Positions 48,270 to 59,774 are shown, counted from the first letter of the stretch. The stretch is 64,000 bases of DNA from Nitrospirota bacterium (GCA_963737155.1 CAVTRN010000001.1:1536001-1600000), one strand, 5' to 3'. Notes: a model not told the origin generated them from the sequence alone. Numbers and translations are program-made.

Positions 48270-48386
48270 TGTTCCCTCCTTCGTCCTTCGCTCAGTGAAT
48301 GGGAATCGAAGCATCGGCGCCGCCCTCAGGAAAGTCCTTTGCTGCCGATGATCCATTTTCGCGCATCGCGACAGAGAAAAGTGACG

Positions 48387-48875
48387 TCATCCGCCTTCTA
48401 CGATGCCCCGTTCCTCCCAGAGGAACCAGTTTCCCGTGTCCGAAAGGAACTGGTACGTGTTTGCAAAAATATCATAGTGCTGCTTTTCTTCTCGAATCAG
48501 GCGCCGGAACAGCTCTTTTTCTTTTTCTGTCTTTACCTGATTCAGCGTCTTTTCATAGAATTGCTTGCCCTCTTTTTCCATCTGCATGGCGATCTTGAAT
48601 GCTTCGAGTTCGTCCTGTGTCGCCTCAACTTTTTTCATCATTTCATTCTTCAGGGATTCAAAGATAGTCTTAACGCTGGTGATCGGGCTCACATCCTCGT
48701 GGGAGATGTTGAGACCCTTGATGATTTCTGAAATCATTTGCAGGTGTCGTTTCTCGTCTTCTGTTACCGATTCGAACATCTTTCTGCCGGCCGTGTATTT
48801 AGTTTTTCGCGCTGCTTCCATATAAAATGCTATTGCGTCAGTTTCCATCTTCTTTGCAATTTCGAGAGCATTCAT
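48387..48875 (-). CDS. Ferritin-like/rubrerythrin family protein
   Basis: Duplicated A..ME....FY...EKRH / EKQH diiron motifs. Confidence 0.88.
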   Translation of the reverse strand: MNALEIAKKMETDAIAFYMEAARKTKYTAGRKMFESVTEDEKRHLQMISEIIKGLNISHEDVSPITSVKTIFESLKNEMMKKVEATQDELEAFKIAMQMEKEGKQFYEKTLNQVKTEKEKELFRRLIREEKQHYDIFANTYQFLSDTGNWFLWEERGIVEGG

Positions 48876-49121
48876 CCCTTCCTCCTTGATGTAAAGCATC
48901 TAATGCTTGAGACATTTCACAGCACCGCAATAATTCTCTCTCGTGGGTTCTGCAGACGCGTTCCTCTACCCCTTCGCAATGCTGAATTAAGTATATCATA
49001 ATCAGAAAAAGGCATCAACGCGGCCCTGGACGGAACGAGAGAGAGGATGTAATTTTGTTCAGGCCAGTAAGGAGTTTCCCTTTCCGCTCGGATTGGGTTA
49101 GGAAGCAGCGACGGGCGCGGG

Positions 49122-50243
49122 CTACTTTCTCGGTTTTTCTCCAAAGACCTCTTTCACTTTATCGAAAAAACCTTTTGTGATCGGTGTTGCTCCATCCGTA
49201 TTTAAGCGGTCGAATTCCTGGAGCAACTCTTTTTGTCTTGCAGAAAGCTTGGTCGGGATTTCAACGATAATCCGGCAGAGCTGGTCTCCGGACCCCGAAC
49301 CGCGCAGATGGGGGAACCCCTTGCCTTTGAAGCGGAAAACATGTCCTGGCTGGGTGCCGGCAGGTATTTTTAATTTCGAGTTGCCTGTGAGAGTTGGCAC
49401 ATCTAGCTCGGTGCCCAAGGTGGCCTGGGTAAAGCTGATCGGAACTTCACAAACGACGTCCTGTCCTTCCCGTATGAACAGGGCATGGTCTTCCACCGTA
49501 ATAAACACGTAAAGATCTCCGGGAGGCCCCCCGTAGGAGCCTATTTCTCCCTCGCCGCTCAAACGGATCGTATTGCCGGTCTCGACACCGGGAGGAATCT
49601 TCACCGATAGGGTCCGTTCCCGTTCAATGCGCTTTTTCCCGTTACAGGCAGAGCAGGGGTCGGTGATTACCCTGCCTTCCCCTCCGCAGCGCGAGCAGGT
49701 ACGACTGATGCTGAAAAATCCCTGCTGTGTACGGATCTGTCCAGCTCCACGGCAGTTTGTGCAGACCTTGATATCGTCTTTTGATTTTGCGCCGGTGCCG
49801 TCACATTCAGGACAGCGTTCCCAGCGGGGAACCCGGATTTTTGTGGATGTCCCGAAGGCCGCTTCTTCAAACAAGATCTTGAGATTGTACCGTAGATCGT
49901 CACCGGCCGTTGCTCGCGCCCGACCACGTCCGCTGCCGAAGAAATCCTCGAAGATGTCACCGAAGATGTCGCCCATGCCCATCCCCGCGCCGAACCCACC
50001 AAAGCCCGGCCCAGTTCCCTGGGCACCCGGCGCAACGCCGTACTGGTCATAGTAAGCCCGCTTCTGCGGATCGGATAGGATTTCGTAAGCTTCGCTGATT
50101 TCTTTGAATTTTTCTTCAGCAGCCTTGTTGTCTGGATTCTTATCGGGATGAAATTCGAGTGCAAGTCTGCGGTATGCCCGCTTGAGCTCTGCGTCAGTGG
50201 CGTTTTTGTGAACACCGAGCAATGCGTAATAGTCCTTTGCCAT
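49122..50243 (-). CDS. dnaJ: Chaperone DnaJ
   Basis: J domain HPD, G/F region, four CxxCxGxG-type repeats. Confidence 0.97.
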   Translation of the reverse strand: MAKDYYALLGVHKNATDAELKRAYRRLALEFHPDKNPDNKAAEEKFKEISEAYEILSDPQKRAYYDQYGVAPGAQGTGPGFGGFGAGMGMGDIFGDIFEDFFGSGRGRARATAGDDLRYNLKILFEEAAFGTSTKIRVPRWERCPECDGTGAKSKDDIKVCTNCRGAGQIRTQQGFFSISRTCSRCGGEGRVITDPCSACNGKKRIERERTLSVKIPPGVETGNTIRLSGEGEIGSYGGPPGDLYVFITVEDHALFIREGQDVVCEVPISFTQATLGTELDVPTLTGNSKLKIPAGTQPGHVFRFKGKGFPHLRGSGSGDQLCRIIVEIPTKLSARQKELLQEFDRLNTDGATPITKGFFDKVKEVFGEKPRK

Positions 50244-50433
50244 AAATCCTTTCAAATCGAAGCACATCATTTCGAGGAAGCAGCGACCCAAAAGGAAGCA
50301 ATACTGAAGAGGGCTGCTCCTCACGAGTGCAACCGAACTCTGTTTCGCGTCATCCTATGCGTTTCGATCCACTGCCGCGCTTAAAAAAAAGAGGATAACA
50401 GGCAATCCCCGTTATCCCCGGAAAAAATCGCAG

Positions 50434-52359
50434 TTATTTCTTGTCCTTGTCCACTTCCTCAAACTCCGCATCCACGACTTTCTCACTGGATGCTTTCCCG
50501 TCGCCACCCGGTGCGGACGTGGAGGCGCCTGCGCCGGACTGGTCCTGCTCCCTGTTCATTTTGGAGTAGACTTCCTCCGCAAGCTTATGTGACGCTCGGG
50601 AGAGCTCCGCCACCGCCCGTTTGATGGCATCGATATCGCTTCCGTCCTTCACTTTCCGTGCTTCTTCGAGGGCCTTCTGAATGTCGGCCTGTTCGGCATC
50701 CGTCAGTTTGGAGCCGTACTCTGCAACGGACTTCCCCACAGAATACACAAGCGTATCCACTTCATTCCGAGCTTCGGCGAGCTCTTTCTTTTTCTTGTCA
50801 TCGGCGGCGTGAGCATCCGCTTCCTTGATCGCTTTATCAATCTCATCCTTGCTCATGCCCGATGACGCCGTAATTTTGATGGACTGTTCTCTTCCCGTGC
50901 CAAGGTCCTTTGCCAGCACGTGGACAATGCCATTCGCGTCGATGTCGAATGTGACTTCGACTTGGGGGATTCCGCGAGGTGCTGGCGGAATGCCCACGAG
51001 TTCGAATCGGCCAAGCGTCTTGTTGTCCGCTCCCATTTCGCGTTCACCCTGAAGCACGTGGATGGAGACCGCAGTCTGATTGTCCGAGGCGGTGGAGAAA
51101 ACCTGGCTCTTCTTCGTCGGAATCGTCGTGTTCCGCTCGATGAGGCGCGTGGTTACGCCTCCCAGGGTTTCAATGCCGAGGGAAAGAGGCGTAACATCGA
51201 GAAGCAAAACGTCCTTGACCTGGCCCGTAAGCACAGCACCCTGGATGGCAGCGCCGATCGCCACGACTTCATCGGGATTAACACCGCGGTGTGGTTCTTT
51301 CTTGAAAAATTCCTTCACCGTGGAAATGACCTTGGGCATGCGTGTCATGCCGCCCACGAGCACCGCTTCATTTATCTGGCCGATATTCTTTCCAGCATCG
51401 TTGAGCGCTTTCTTCACCGGTTCTATGCTCTTGCTGACGAGGTCATCAACGAGCTGTTCGTACCGAGACCGTGAGAGCTTGTACAGAAGGTGCTTCGGGC
51501 CTGTGGCATCGGCGGTAATAAAGGGGAGATTTATCTCAGTCTCCATGACTGTTGAGAGCTCTATCTTGGCTTTTTCAGCTGCTTCCTTGAGCCGTTGGAG
51601 CGCCATCTTGTCTTTCTTGAGGTCGATGCCCTGGTCCTTGAGGAATGAGTCGGCGAGCCACTTGATGACGCGGTCATCAAAATCATCGCCGCCTAGGAAC
51701 GTGTCTCCGTTAGTTGATTTCACTTCGAATACGCCTTCGCCCAGCTCTAGGATGGAGATGTCGAAGGTGCCGCCGCCAAGGTCATAAACTGCGATCGTCT
51801 CGTCCTTCTTTTTATCGAGACCGTAGGCTAGCGACGCCGCCGTTGGCTCGTTGATGATGCGCAGAACGTTCAGGCCCGCGATTTTCCCAGCATCCTTGGT
51901 GGCTTGACGCTGGCTGTCATTGAAGTAAGCCGGCACAGTCACTACCGCATCGATCACCTTTTCTCCCAAGTAATCCTCGGCGGTCTGCTTCATTTTTTGG
52001 AGAATCATCGCCGAGATTTCGGCAGGACTGAAAACTTTGCCCCGAACCTCTACATGGGCATCGCCGTTGGCTGCCTTCACAATCTTGTATGGAAGGTGTT
52101 TCATCGCGACCTGCACCTCGGCAGAATCGTATTTCCGGCCGATCAGCCGTTTGATCGAAAAAATCGTGTTATCAGGGTTCGTGATGGACTGCCGCTTGGC
52201 GATCTGGCCGACGAGCCGCTCGCCGCCTTCGGTAATGGCAACGACCGATGGCGTGGTCCTACTCCCCTCCGAGTTCGCGATTACGACCGGCTCCCCGCCT
52301 TCCATAACGGCGACGCAGGAGTTCGTAGTACCCAAATCAATGCCGATAACTTTTGCCAT
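50434..52359 (-). CDS. dnaK: Chaperone DnaK
   Basis: [24 protein letters not shown]. Confidence 0.99.
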   Translation of the reverse strand: MAKVIGIDLGTTNSCVAVMEGGEPVVIANSEGSRTTPSVVAITEGGERLVGQIAKRQSITNPDNTIFSIKRLIGRKYDSAEVQVAMKHLPYKIVKAANGDAHVEVRGKVFSPAEISAMILQKMKQTAEDYLGEKVIDAVVTVPAYFNDSQRQATKDAGKIAGLNVLRIINEPTAASLAYGLDKKKDETIAVYDLGGGTFDISILELGEGVFEVKSTNGDTFLGGDDFDDRVIKWLADSFLKDQGIDLKKDKMALQRLKEAAEKAKIELSTVMETEINLPFITADATGPKHLLYKLSRSRYEQLVDDLVSKSIEPVKKALNDAGKNIGQINEAVLVGGMTRMPKVISTVKEFFKKEPHRGVNPDEVVAIGAAIQGAVLTGQVKDVLLLDVTPLSLGIETLGGVTTRLIERNTTIPTKKSQVFSTASDNQTAVSIHVLQGEREMGADNKTLGRFELVGIPPAPRGIPQVEVTFDIDANGIVHVLAKDLGTGREQSIKITASSGMSKDEIDKAIKEADAHAADDKKKKELAEARNEVDTLVYSVGKSVAEYGSKLTDAEQADIQKALEEARKVKDGSDIDAIKRAVAELSRASHKLAEEVYSKMNREQDQSGAGASTSAPGGDGKASSEKVVDAEFEEVDKDKK

Positions 52360-52479
52360 GATATCCTCCTTGATTATCTCTGAATCAGAAAACGTGAATA
52401 CTCAGTTATCAGAATTCAGTTTATGAACTTCTCTCGACACGCCTCACATTCTAATCTTCGATGCCGGAGTTTTACTCAC

Positions 52480-53088
52480 TCAATCACAAATCGGCCCCGT
52501 CTCTTTCGGTGGGGGGTTTTTCGCGACGCCGACCTTCGCGTGGCGTATTATTTTGTCAAAATATAGATAGCCTTCCTGGAACACCTGCACGACCGTGTTT
52601 TCGGGCGCGTCCGAGGTTGGCACCTGCGTCACGGCGTCATGCTTTGCGGGGTCAAAGAGTTCCCCTGCAGCATTGAAGGATTTGATTCCGAATTTTTCAA
52701 GAATGTCTCGGAACTGTTTGTATACTAGCTCGACGCCCTGCCGCAGTCCTTCGTTCACTTCTCCTGTCTCTGATGACTCTGAAGCATGTTTCAACGCCAA
52801 ACCCAAGTGGTCCACTACAGATAGAAGTTCCAGCGCCAGCTGTTCGTTAGCATACTTACGGAAGTCGGCGAGGTCCCGTTGCATCCTTTTCCGATAATTC
52901 TCAAAATCAGCATAGGTCCGCAGGTATTTGCCGTTCGCTTCCGCCGCTTCCCTGGTTTTTTGTTCCAATGCCTGCGTCAATTTTTCGATGACTGTAGAGG
53001 ATTCCTCCTCCTGTGCCTTCGTCTCGTCATCCTCAGGAGGAACAACCTCGATGTCTTTATTTGATATATCGTCATATTTATTGCTCAT
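52480..53088 (-). CDS. grpE: Nucleotide exchange factor GrpE
   Basis: ADFENYRKR, FDPAKHDAV, GY.....IR.AKV.V. Confidence 0.97.
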   Translation of the reverse strand: MSNKYDDISNKDIEVVPPEDDETKAQEEESSTVIEKLTQALEQKTREAAEANGKYLRTYADFENYRKRMQRDLADFRKYANEQLALELLSVVDHLGLALKHASESSETGEVNEGLRQGVELVYKQFRDILEKFGIKSFNAAGELFDPAKHDAVTQVPTSDAPENTVVQVFQEGYLYFDKIIRHAKVGVAKNPPPKETGPICD

Positions 53089-54131
53089 CGGTCTATGCCC
53101 CTCTGAAATCGCTCATCCAGGAGTTTCGAAAGTAGCTTTGCTGTATAGTCGACGACCTGGATGACCTGTTTATAGTGCATTCTCGTAGGTCCAATCACGC
53201 CGAGGGTTCCTAGGACGTTTGCGCCTGTTTTGTAACTGCTTACGACCATGCTGCACCCCTGCATCTCGAAATAAGGGTTCTCGGACCCGATAAAGACTTT
53301 AATGCCCTTAGCTGCGACGCTCCATTCCAGGAGCTTGAGCAGTTTGTACTTGTCTTCAAAGGCTTTAAACAGCGCCCGCATTCTCTCGACGTTTGCGAAT
53401 TCCGGCGTCTCGAGAATCTGAGATGCTCCACCGATATAGATTTTTTCGCTGTCTCGCTCCTGTACCTCCCGGCTGGCGCGATACGTTTCGTCCATCAACT
53501 GCGCGAAAAGGAGTCTCTCTTCGCGTATTTTCTCGATCAGACTCTCCTTGATTTCGTTTAAAGTCCAGCGCTCTAGTTCCTCGTCGAGGTAGACGCTAAA
53601 CCTGTTTAGATCGTGCTGCCGGATGCTTTCGTCAAGTTCGATGAGCTTGTTCTGAACAATACCACTAGCGGTTACGAAAATGATCAGAACTTGTTTACCC
53701 CGCAGCCTCATGAACTCGATGTGCCGATATGTCGCTTCAGGCTCACTTGGAGCGACTACGACCCCCGCGCACCGCGAAAGAACGGCAAGAAAGCGGCTCG
53801 CTTCCTCCATCAGTTCATTCAGGTTTTCCCCACGCAGGCCAGGCGTCTGACGCAACTGATCATCAAGCTCCTCGGCCTCTTTCTCAATACTGATCAGACT
53901 GTCAATATAGTAACGATAGCCCTGATCTGTGGGTATCCTGCCTGCTGATGTGTGAGGGTGGGTCAGGAATCCGAACTCCTCGAGTTCTGCCATGATATTG
54001 CGAAGCGTAGCGGAACTGACACCGAAATCATACTGCTTAACCAGCACATTGGATCCAATAGGCAAACCGCTGGCAATGTAGCTATCTATAACAGCCTGGA
54101 GCACCTTTCTATTTCGTTCATCGAGATCCAT
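53085..54131 (-). CDS. hrcA: Heat-inducible repressor HrcA
   Basis: SSATLRNIMAELEE.G.L.HPHTSAGRIPT, GVIGPTRM.Y. Confidence 0.97.
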   Translation of the reverse strand: MDLDERNRKVLQAVIDSYIASGLPIGSNVLVKQYDFGVSSATLRNIMAELEEFGFLTHPHTSAGRIPTDQGYRYYIDSLISIEKEAEELDDQLRQTPGLRGENLNELMEEASRFLAVLSRCAGVVVAPSEPEATYRHIEFMRLRGKQVLIIFVTASGIVQNKLIELDESIRQHDLNRFSVYLDEELERWTLNEIKESLIEKIREERLLFAQLMDETYRASREVQERDSEKIYIGGASQILETPEFANVERMRALFKAFEDKYKLLKLLEWSVAAKGIKVFIGSENPYFEMQGCSMVVSSYKTGANVLGTLGVIGPTRMHYKQVIQVVDYTAKLLSKLLDERFQRGIDR

Positions 54132-54193
54132 AAGCAATGCTTATTTATGCTAAAACAAGAAATCGTATCCTGATCATCTGTTAATTTTCTTAA

Positions 54194-54220
54194 TTAGCAC
54201 TCATCATAATAGAGTGCTAA
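54194..54220. promoter_or_regulatory. CIRCE operator
   Basis: Perfect TTAGCACTC-N9-GAGTGCTAA. Confidence 0.97.
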
Positions 54221-54221
54221 T

Positions 54222-54250
54222 AATTTATCATAGAGACAGTTTTGTGTCAA
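54222..54250 (-). promoter_or_regulatory. Sigma70 promoter of the hrcA operon
   Basis: TTGACA-N17-TAAATT immediately upstream of CIRCE. Confidence 0.75.
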
Positions 54251-54735
54251 GCACTTATTTTATTATTGGATTTCATATAGATATAATTTAAAACGAGCTT
54301 GATTCAGAACGCTTATAAGAGGACCCTCAACCTTATACCATGGCAGAAAAACCATCCAGAAGTACATTATTCCTAATAACGCGTTAAAACGCGATAGTAT
54401 AAAATTCAGCCGAAATGCATTTAGAACGCTATAATCCGTCCGAAATGGACGGTTTCTGGAAGAAGCCATTTGCTCATCCTTTTTTACGTATAAACTATGT
54501 TAAATGACATGCAAACAATGCTTTTTTCAAAGATACTCGCCTAATGCTATCCACGGCATGATGCTTCTTCAACGGTTTTGCAACAAACTCAGACGTCCTT
54601 ATTTTATTCGTCGAGGCAGGTCATTTACGACAGCTTGGATTCGTGCTGAATAGAACACGGTTCATCAAACGGTTCCAGACGTATCATCATCCTGAATGCT
54701 TCTCATCGAGCCGGTTTTTCTCTAATATTAGTGCA

Positions 54736-54762
54736 TTAGCACCTTAACAACGAGAGCGATAA
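54736..54762. promoter_or_regulatory. Degenerate second CIRCE
   Basis: TTAGCACct-N9-GAGcGaTAA (14/18 match). Confidence 0.45.
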
Positions 54763-55094
54763 TTAGTTAACATATTGATTTACCGTTGTTTTATAAAGCT
54801 GTCCTGAAACACCCTGCAGCTCTACTGCTGGGACGCAAAGGAAATCCTGACGAAGCCAAGATAAGTCTTCAGCCTCTTTGCTCCTTTTTTTAATGTTCCG
54901 AAGTCCCGCAGCTCTGCTGCGGGGTAAACCACTTAGTAAAGGGTGTTCAGGGAATTTAATGAGGAGCGATACATTCTCGCTCGTTCAGGCAATCCCCTCG
55001 GAGGAGTTTATATTCTCACTCAATGGATCAATGAAAAATTGAAGCAACTTATTGACTTTGCGTGAAACTATAGTGTCAACTACTGTTTTCATAG

Positions 55095-55862
55095 CTATTC
55101 TTTCTTGTTGAATGATAGTGCCGCGAGAGCCATCATTATAACGGATAAAGAGCTGACGACGAAAATGTCCAGAGAGAGCGGGAATTCTTGGCCGAGGGGA
55201 GGGGCGCTATCCCGGAGAAGGGCATGCTTCAATGCATCAATGCCGTAAGTAAGGGGGTTGATGAGTGTAAGATGGCGGAGGGTGCTTGGCAATGAGGTGA
55301 CTGGATACATGGCGCCGGAAAGGAAAAGCATGGGCATCACGAGGAAGTTCATGATGATATTGAACCCGTCAAATGACGTTAGCCTTGTGGCAATCAAGAT
55401 GCCCAGCGAGGTTATGCAGAATGAAACAAGGGTGGATATAGCTACTACCTCAAGAAGTTGCGTAATAGTCAAATGAATCCCGAGAAATGGAGTCAGCAGC
55501 AGGATGATAATAGCCTGGGCCACGGAAATCAAAGTTCCGGAAATCGCTTTCCCCACGACTATAGAGATCCGAGAAATCGGCGCTACAAGCATTTCTTTCA
55601 TGAATCCGAATTCCCTGTCCCAGACGATCGAAATGGACGAGAAAATGGACGAAAAGAGGATGGTCATGCCTATCATGCCGGGAAAGATGAACTGCAGATA
55701 AGAGAATCCCACATGAGGCCTGATGAGCGAACCCATGCCGTTTCCAACAACGAAGAGCCATAGGATGGGTCGAGCCAGCGTGCCGAGAAGCCGGCTTTTC
55801 TCCCGGAAGAACTTTTTGAATTCCCGCAAACAGATTACGTAAATCGGCCGCACCTGGATCAT
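55095..55862 (-). CDS. ABC-2 type exporter permease
   Basis: DREFGFMKEMLVAP, FLSGAMYP, NPLTY. Confidence 0.92.
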   Translation of the reverse strand: MIQVRPIYVICLREFKKFFREKSRLLGTLARPILWLFVVGNGMGSLIRPHVGFSYLQFIFPGMIGMTILFSSIFSSISIVWDREFGFMKEMLVAPISRISIVVGKAISGTLISVAQAIIILLLTPFLGIHLTITQLLEVVAISTLVSFCITSLGILIATRLTSFDGFNIIMNFLVMPMLFLSGAMYPVTSLPSTLRHLTLINPLTYGIDALKHALLRDSAPPLGQEFPLSLDIFVVSSLSVIMMALAALSFNKKE

Positions 55863-56842
55863 CGCTGGGCTCTCCGGTGGCTGCGCACGAATTCTCGGGT
55901 CGTTTCCTTATTATCATTGAGGACGTCATCCCTGATAGTTCTGCCGGTCAGTTTAAGAAATACATCATTCAAGGTCGGTTTCTTGAGACTTACGGACAGG
56001 GTCTGCATCGGCAGCGTGCGAATCAGCTTAGGGATGAGCTCCTCGCTTTTTTCCGCATCGAGCGACAGCCCTCCGTTCTCCTCGCGAGCAGTTATATGAA
56101 ATAACTTCTCAATCTCCTGGATTGCGCGACTGTTGTCCGATGTCACAAGATGGATTATTTCACCATGCACCATCTGTTTGAGTCTGGTCGGTGTGTCGAG
56201 CGCGATGATTTTGCCATGGTCGATGATGGCGATGCGGCCGCAATTTTCCGCCTCCTCCATGTAATGTGTGGTCATGAAGATGGTTATTTTTTCCTGTTTT
56301 CGGAGTGTGCTGATGAAGTCCCAAATGGTGTTTCGCGTCTGGGGGTCGAGTCCGATGGTCGGCTCATCGAGAAACAGCACTCGGGGATAGTGAAGGAGTC
56401 CGCGGGCTATTTCAAGCCTGCGCTTCATACCACCGGAGAAGTATTTGACCAGATCGTGTTTTCTGCCTTGGAGTTCGACGACGGAGAGCATCTCGTCAAT
56501 TCGCTTCTCGGCTAGCTTGCTGTCAAGGTTGTAAAGGTAAGCGTGAAATTTGAGATTTTCATACGCGGTCAGCCCTGCGTCCAGCGTCGTGTCCTGAAAA
56601 ATGAGGCCGATAGAGGAGCGCACCTTGTCAGGACTTCTGACGCAGTCGAAACCGGCGATCTCGGCTTTTCCTAGGGTTGGTGAGAGGAGGGTGCATAGGA
56701 TGTTGATGGTCGTTGTTTTCCCCGCGCCGTTGGGGCCGAGAAAGCCGAAAACCTCTCCCTCGTCCACGGAAAACGAGATGCCATCGACGGCATTAAGGAT
56801 TTTGAACTGTTTGACAAGATTTTGAACACTGATAATGACCAT
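55859..56842 (-). CDS. ABC exporter ATP-binding protein (DrrA-like)
   Basis: GPNGAGKTT, FSGGMKRR, LFLDEPT, TTHYMEEA. Confidence 0.94.
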   Translation of the reverse strand: MVIISVQNLVKQFKILNAVDGISFSVDEGEVFGFLGPNGAGKTTTINILCTLLSPTLGKAEIAGFDCVRSPDKVRSSIGLIFQDTTLDAGLTAYENLKFHAYLYNLDSKLAEKRIDEMLSVVELQGRKHDLVKYFSGGMKRRLEIARGLLHYPRVLFLDEPTIGLDPQTRNTIWDFISTLRKQEKITIFMTTHYMEEAENCGRIAIIDHGKIIALDTPTRLKQMVHGEIIHLVTSDNSRAIQEIEKLFHITAREENGGLSLDAEKSEELIPKLIRTLPMQTLSVSLKKPTLNDVFLKLTGRTIRDDVLNDNKETTREFVRSHRRAQR

Positions 56843-56883
56843 GTCTTATGAACGTTGAACTCCATTTTCCATACTGTTTTTTA

Positions 56884-58506
56884 TTACCACTCCGCCTTGT
56901 TTTGCGGCACGTACCAGTGGATAAAATTATACATGATGCCGAGGGGCTCGACCTTGACGCCCTTGAACCGCTTGTGCACAATCGGCGTCGCATCGGGAAC
57001 ATATAGAAAAGCATAGGGTTGTTCTTCTGCCAGGATTGCGTGGATTCGGTAGTAGATTTTTTTTCGTTTTTCAATGTCGAACGTCTGGCGACCTTCGACA
57101 AGCAAGCGGTCGACTTCGGAATTCTTGTAACCGATAAAATTGTATTCACCTTTTTTAGTTTTACTTGAATGCCAGATATCATAGATATCCGGGTCACGCC
57201 CCATGCTCCAGCCCAGGATGATGGCGTCAAAAGAGCGCTTATCGATCTGCTCCAGGAACGCCTGCCACTCCATAACCCGGATTTTCACATCAATGCCAAG
57301 AGCCTTCATGTTCTGCTGAATCATTTCGGCCGTACGAATACGTTCGTTGTTCCCCTGGTTGGTCATAATGGTAAATCGGAATGGTTTGCCATGCTTCTCC
57401 AAAATGCCATCGCTGTTCAGGTCTTTCCAACCGACATCCGCGAGCATGCGCCGCGCTTGTGCCGGATCGTAGTCGTAGCTTTTTGCGTTGGGGTTATATG
57501 CCCAGGACACATAGGAGAAAGGGCCGGTGCAGGGCCTACCCAGCCCGAGCAGAATCCCGTCAATGATACCCTGACGGTTTATGGCATAAGAAAGCGCCTG
57601 TCTAACTTTGATTTCGCTGAACAGGGGATTCCGCAGATTGTAACCCAAATATGTGAATGCATTTGCGGGATAGCGGAACTTAACGTAGTTTTCCTTAATT
57701 CGGCGTGTCTCACTATCGCGCAGATACTGAAGCGGGTTCAAGCCCATCATATCCACCCCGCCGGAGAGCAACTCCTCGAACATGGTAGTGCTGTCGGGGA
57801 TGATGCGGTAGATATACTGGTCGATATTCGGCATACCTTCGAAATAATCCTTGTTTGCATCGAGAACGATTTTCTGGCCTGAAATCCATTCCCTGAATTT
57901 ATACGGACCGGTACCGACGGGGTGACGGTTGAACGGGTCTGTATTGATGTCCTTTCCGTCCAGCAGATGCTTTGGGATCATGCCCACGGCCCAGCTTTCC
58001 AGAGCGGGAGAAAAGGGCTCCTTATACGTCACCCGGAAAACATATTTATTGACGACCTCTGCTTTGGAAACCGCTGTGTACGAACTGCTGTAGGGGGTGA
58101 CCACTTTGGGATCGATGAATTTCTGATAGGTAAAGAGGCAATCCTCGGCGGAGAATTCCACGCCATCGTGCCATTTGACGCCCTCGCGGAGATAAAAGGT
58201 TATAGTCTTGCCGCCGTTTGATATCTCCCATCGCTTGGCAAGGTCACCTATCAGCTTGATGTCCTTATCGTACTTGACCAGACCGTTGAATATTTGGTCG
58301 TTAATTGTACCAGATGCATTGTCATTGGCAATGACCGGATTTAGCCGGCGCGCATCGCCGATGGAAGCCTCAACGAAGGTATTCTGGTTGCGTTCAACTT
58401 TCTCGCCGCAGGAGGCGAATAAAAAGCCGAGAGTGAATACGATGATCCATAAAGTACCCAGAGCAAAAGTGAGCGATATGCGCGTATGGAAATGATTATT
58501 TTTCAT
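56884..58506 (-). CDS. Peptide ABC transporter substrate-binding protein (family 5)
   Basis: Lipobox-like FASC; LREGVKWHDG, PVGTGPY, VRQALSYAINR. Confidence 0.92.
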   Translation of the reverse strand: MKNNHFHTRISLTFALGTLWIIVFTLGFLFASCGEKVERNQNTFVEASIGDARRLNPVIANDNASGTINDQIFNGLVKYDKDIKLIGDLAKRWEISNGGKTITFYLREGVKWHDGVEFSAEDCLFTYQKFIDPKVVTPYSSSYTAVSKAEVVNKYVFRVTYKEPFSPALESWAVGMIPKHLLDGKDINTDPFNRHPVGTGPYKFREWISGQKIVLDANKDYFEGMPNIDQYIYRIIPDSTTMFEELLSGGVDMMGLNPLQYLRDSETRRIKENYVKFRYPANAFTYLGYNLRNPLFSEIKVRQALSYAINRQGIIDGILLGLGRPCTGPFSYVSWAYNPNAKSYDYDPAQARRMLADVGWKDLNSDGILEKHGKPFRFTIMTNQGNNERIRTAEMIQQNMKALGIDVKIRVMEWQAFLEQIDKRSFDAIILGWSMGRDPDIYDIWHSSKTKKGEYNFIGYKNSEVDRLLVEGRQTFDIEKRKKIYYRIHAILAEEQPYAFLYVPDATPIVHKRFKGVKVEPLGIMYNFIHWYVPQNKAEW

Positions 58507-58561
58507 TCTTAAAAATTTATGCGGTAGCAGGTCTTATCGTGCCGCATGAATAGTCTTCATG

Positions 58562-58594
58562 GAAAAAACAAAAGGGTAGGCAAGGGGCCTACCC
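58562..58594 (-). terminator. Terminator after secG
   Basis: GGGTAGGC-N5-GCCTACCC with a T run on the minus strand. Confidence 0.7.
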
Positions 58595-58629
58595 CGTGAG
58601 CTTATCGGAGATTGTCATTTCATGTGCAA

Positions 58630-58962
58630 CTATTTTGCCGGTGAGGGAGTCGGCACCTGCTGCGTGTGTGGGACAAGAGGCAGCGAAGGTGCAGTCTGCG
58701 TCTGTGCCGGCGAAACGTTTTCCATGACCGAGCTCTTTTTTGTCGTCGTCAAAGCGAGACCCAGCGATGTGAACATGAACACGATCGCTGCTCCCGTGGT
58801 CAGCTTTGCCATAAAACTCTGGGCGCCCCGAGGACCGAAAACCGTCTGCGATGCGCCGCCGAATGAAGCACCAATGTCTGCTCCCTTGCCCTTCTGTAAG
58901 AGAACCATCCCGATTAGGATGGCGGAAACGATGACGTGAAGTGATACAAGAAAAATGCGCAT
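58630..58962 (-). CDS. secG: Preprotein translocase subunit SecG
   Basis: VLLQKGKGADIGASFGGASQTVFG. Confidence 0.96.
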   Translation of the reverse strand: MRIFLVSLHVIVSAILIGMVLLQKGKGADIGASFGGASQTVFGPRGAQSFMAKLTTGAAIVFMFTSLGLALTTTKKSSVMENVSPAQTQTAPSLPLVPHTQQVPTPSPAK

Positions 58963-59012
58963 TGCTTAACTACCTCCCTTTGTATAACTGCTTAAACCGT
59001 TTTTAGCATGCA

Positions 59013-59774
59013 TTACTTGAAATTCACAAGTGCTGCGAAGGACTCAGGCTTGAGACTCGCTCCGCCTACAAGAGCGCCGTCAATGTCTGGTTTGGCCATT
59101 AGCGCAGACACGTTCTCCGGTGTTACACTGCCGCCGTATTGAATGCGAATACCTTCGGCTACATGGGTATCGTATAGGGATTTTACCTTCTGCCGGATAA
59201 AAGCATGTATCTCGTTTGCCTGGTCCGGGGTCGCGGTTTTTCCCGTGCCGATCGCCCAGACGGGTTCATAGGCGACAATGACCTTCGTCATTTCAGCAGT
59301 GGTCACGCCCTTGAGTGCTCCGGTGACCTGGCGGTCGATCACGTCATGCGCCCTGCCGGCTTCCCGTTCACTTAGGAGCTCGCCCACGCAGACGATAGGG
59401 AGAAGTCCTTTATTCAAGGCCTGCCGGATCTTCTTGTTTGCCGTTTCGTCGGTTTCTCCAAAAAATTGCCGACGTTCACTATGGCCTATAATAACATACT
59501 TGCAGCCCAAATCCAACAGCATTTCAGCGGATATCTCACCGGTAAACGCTCCTTTGTCCTCCCAGAACAGGTTCTGAGCCGATAGCGACATGTTCGTCCC
59601 CTTGATGGTATCGCTTACGGCATGAAGAGCCGTAAAGGCCGGGGCAAGCACGATTTCTCGGTCCGTTACGCCGACAACGAGCGGAATGAGCTTGGCGGCC
59701 AGGCTTTGTGCCTCGACCACGGTCTTATTCATCTTCCAGTTGCCTGCAATGATCAGTTTGCGTTTTGGATTCAT
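59013..59774 (-). CDS. tpiA: Triosephosphate isomerase
   Basis: AGNWKM, GHSERR, AYEPVWAIGTG, YGGSV. Confidence 0.98.
   Translation of the reverse strand: MNPKRKLIIAGNWKMNKTVVEAQSLAAKLIPLVVGVTDREIVLAPAFTALHAVSDTIKGTNMSLSAQNLFWEDKGAFTGEISAEMLLDLGCKYVIIGHSERRQFFGETDETANKKIRQALNKGLLPIVCVGELLSEREAGRAHDVIDRQVTGALKGVTTAEMTKVIVAYEPVWAIGTGKTATPDQANEIHAFIRQKVKSLYDTHVAEGIRIQYGGSVTPENVSALMAKPDIDGALVGGASLKPESFAALVNFK

Noticed and set aside
50825-52426. Long plus-strand ORFs antisense to dnaK (similar ones over ahbD, pgk, gap and the ABC genes)
   Set aside because: Shadow ORFs arising from codon bias in conserved genes; no RBS or family motifs
54828-54845. GGGACGCAAAG, part of the c-di-GMP-I consensus
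   Set aside because: Lacks the upstream GGCAAAC/P2-GAAA stem; it sits inside a REP-like hairpin
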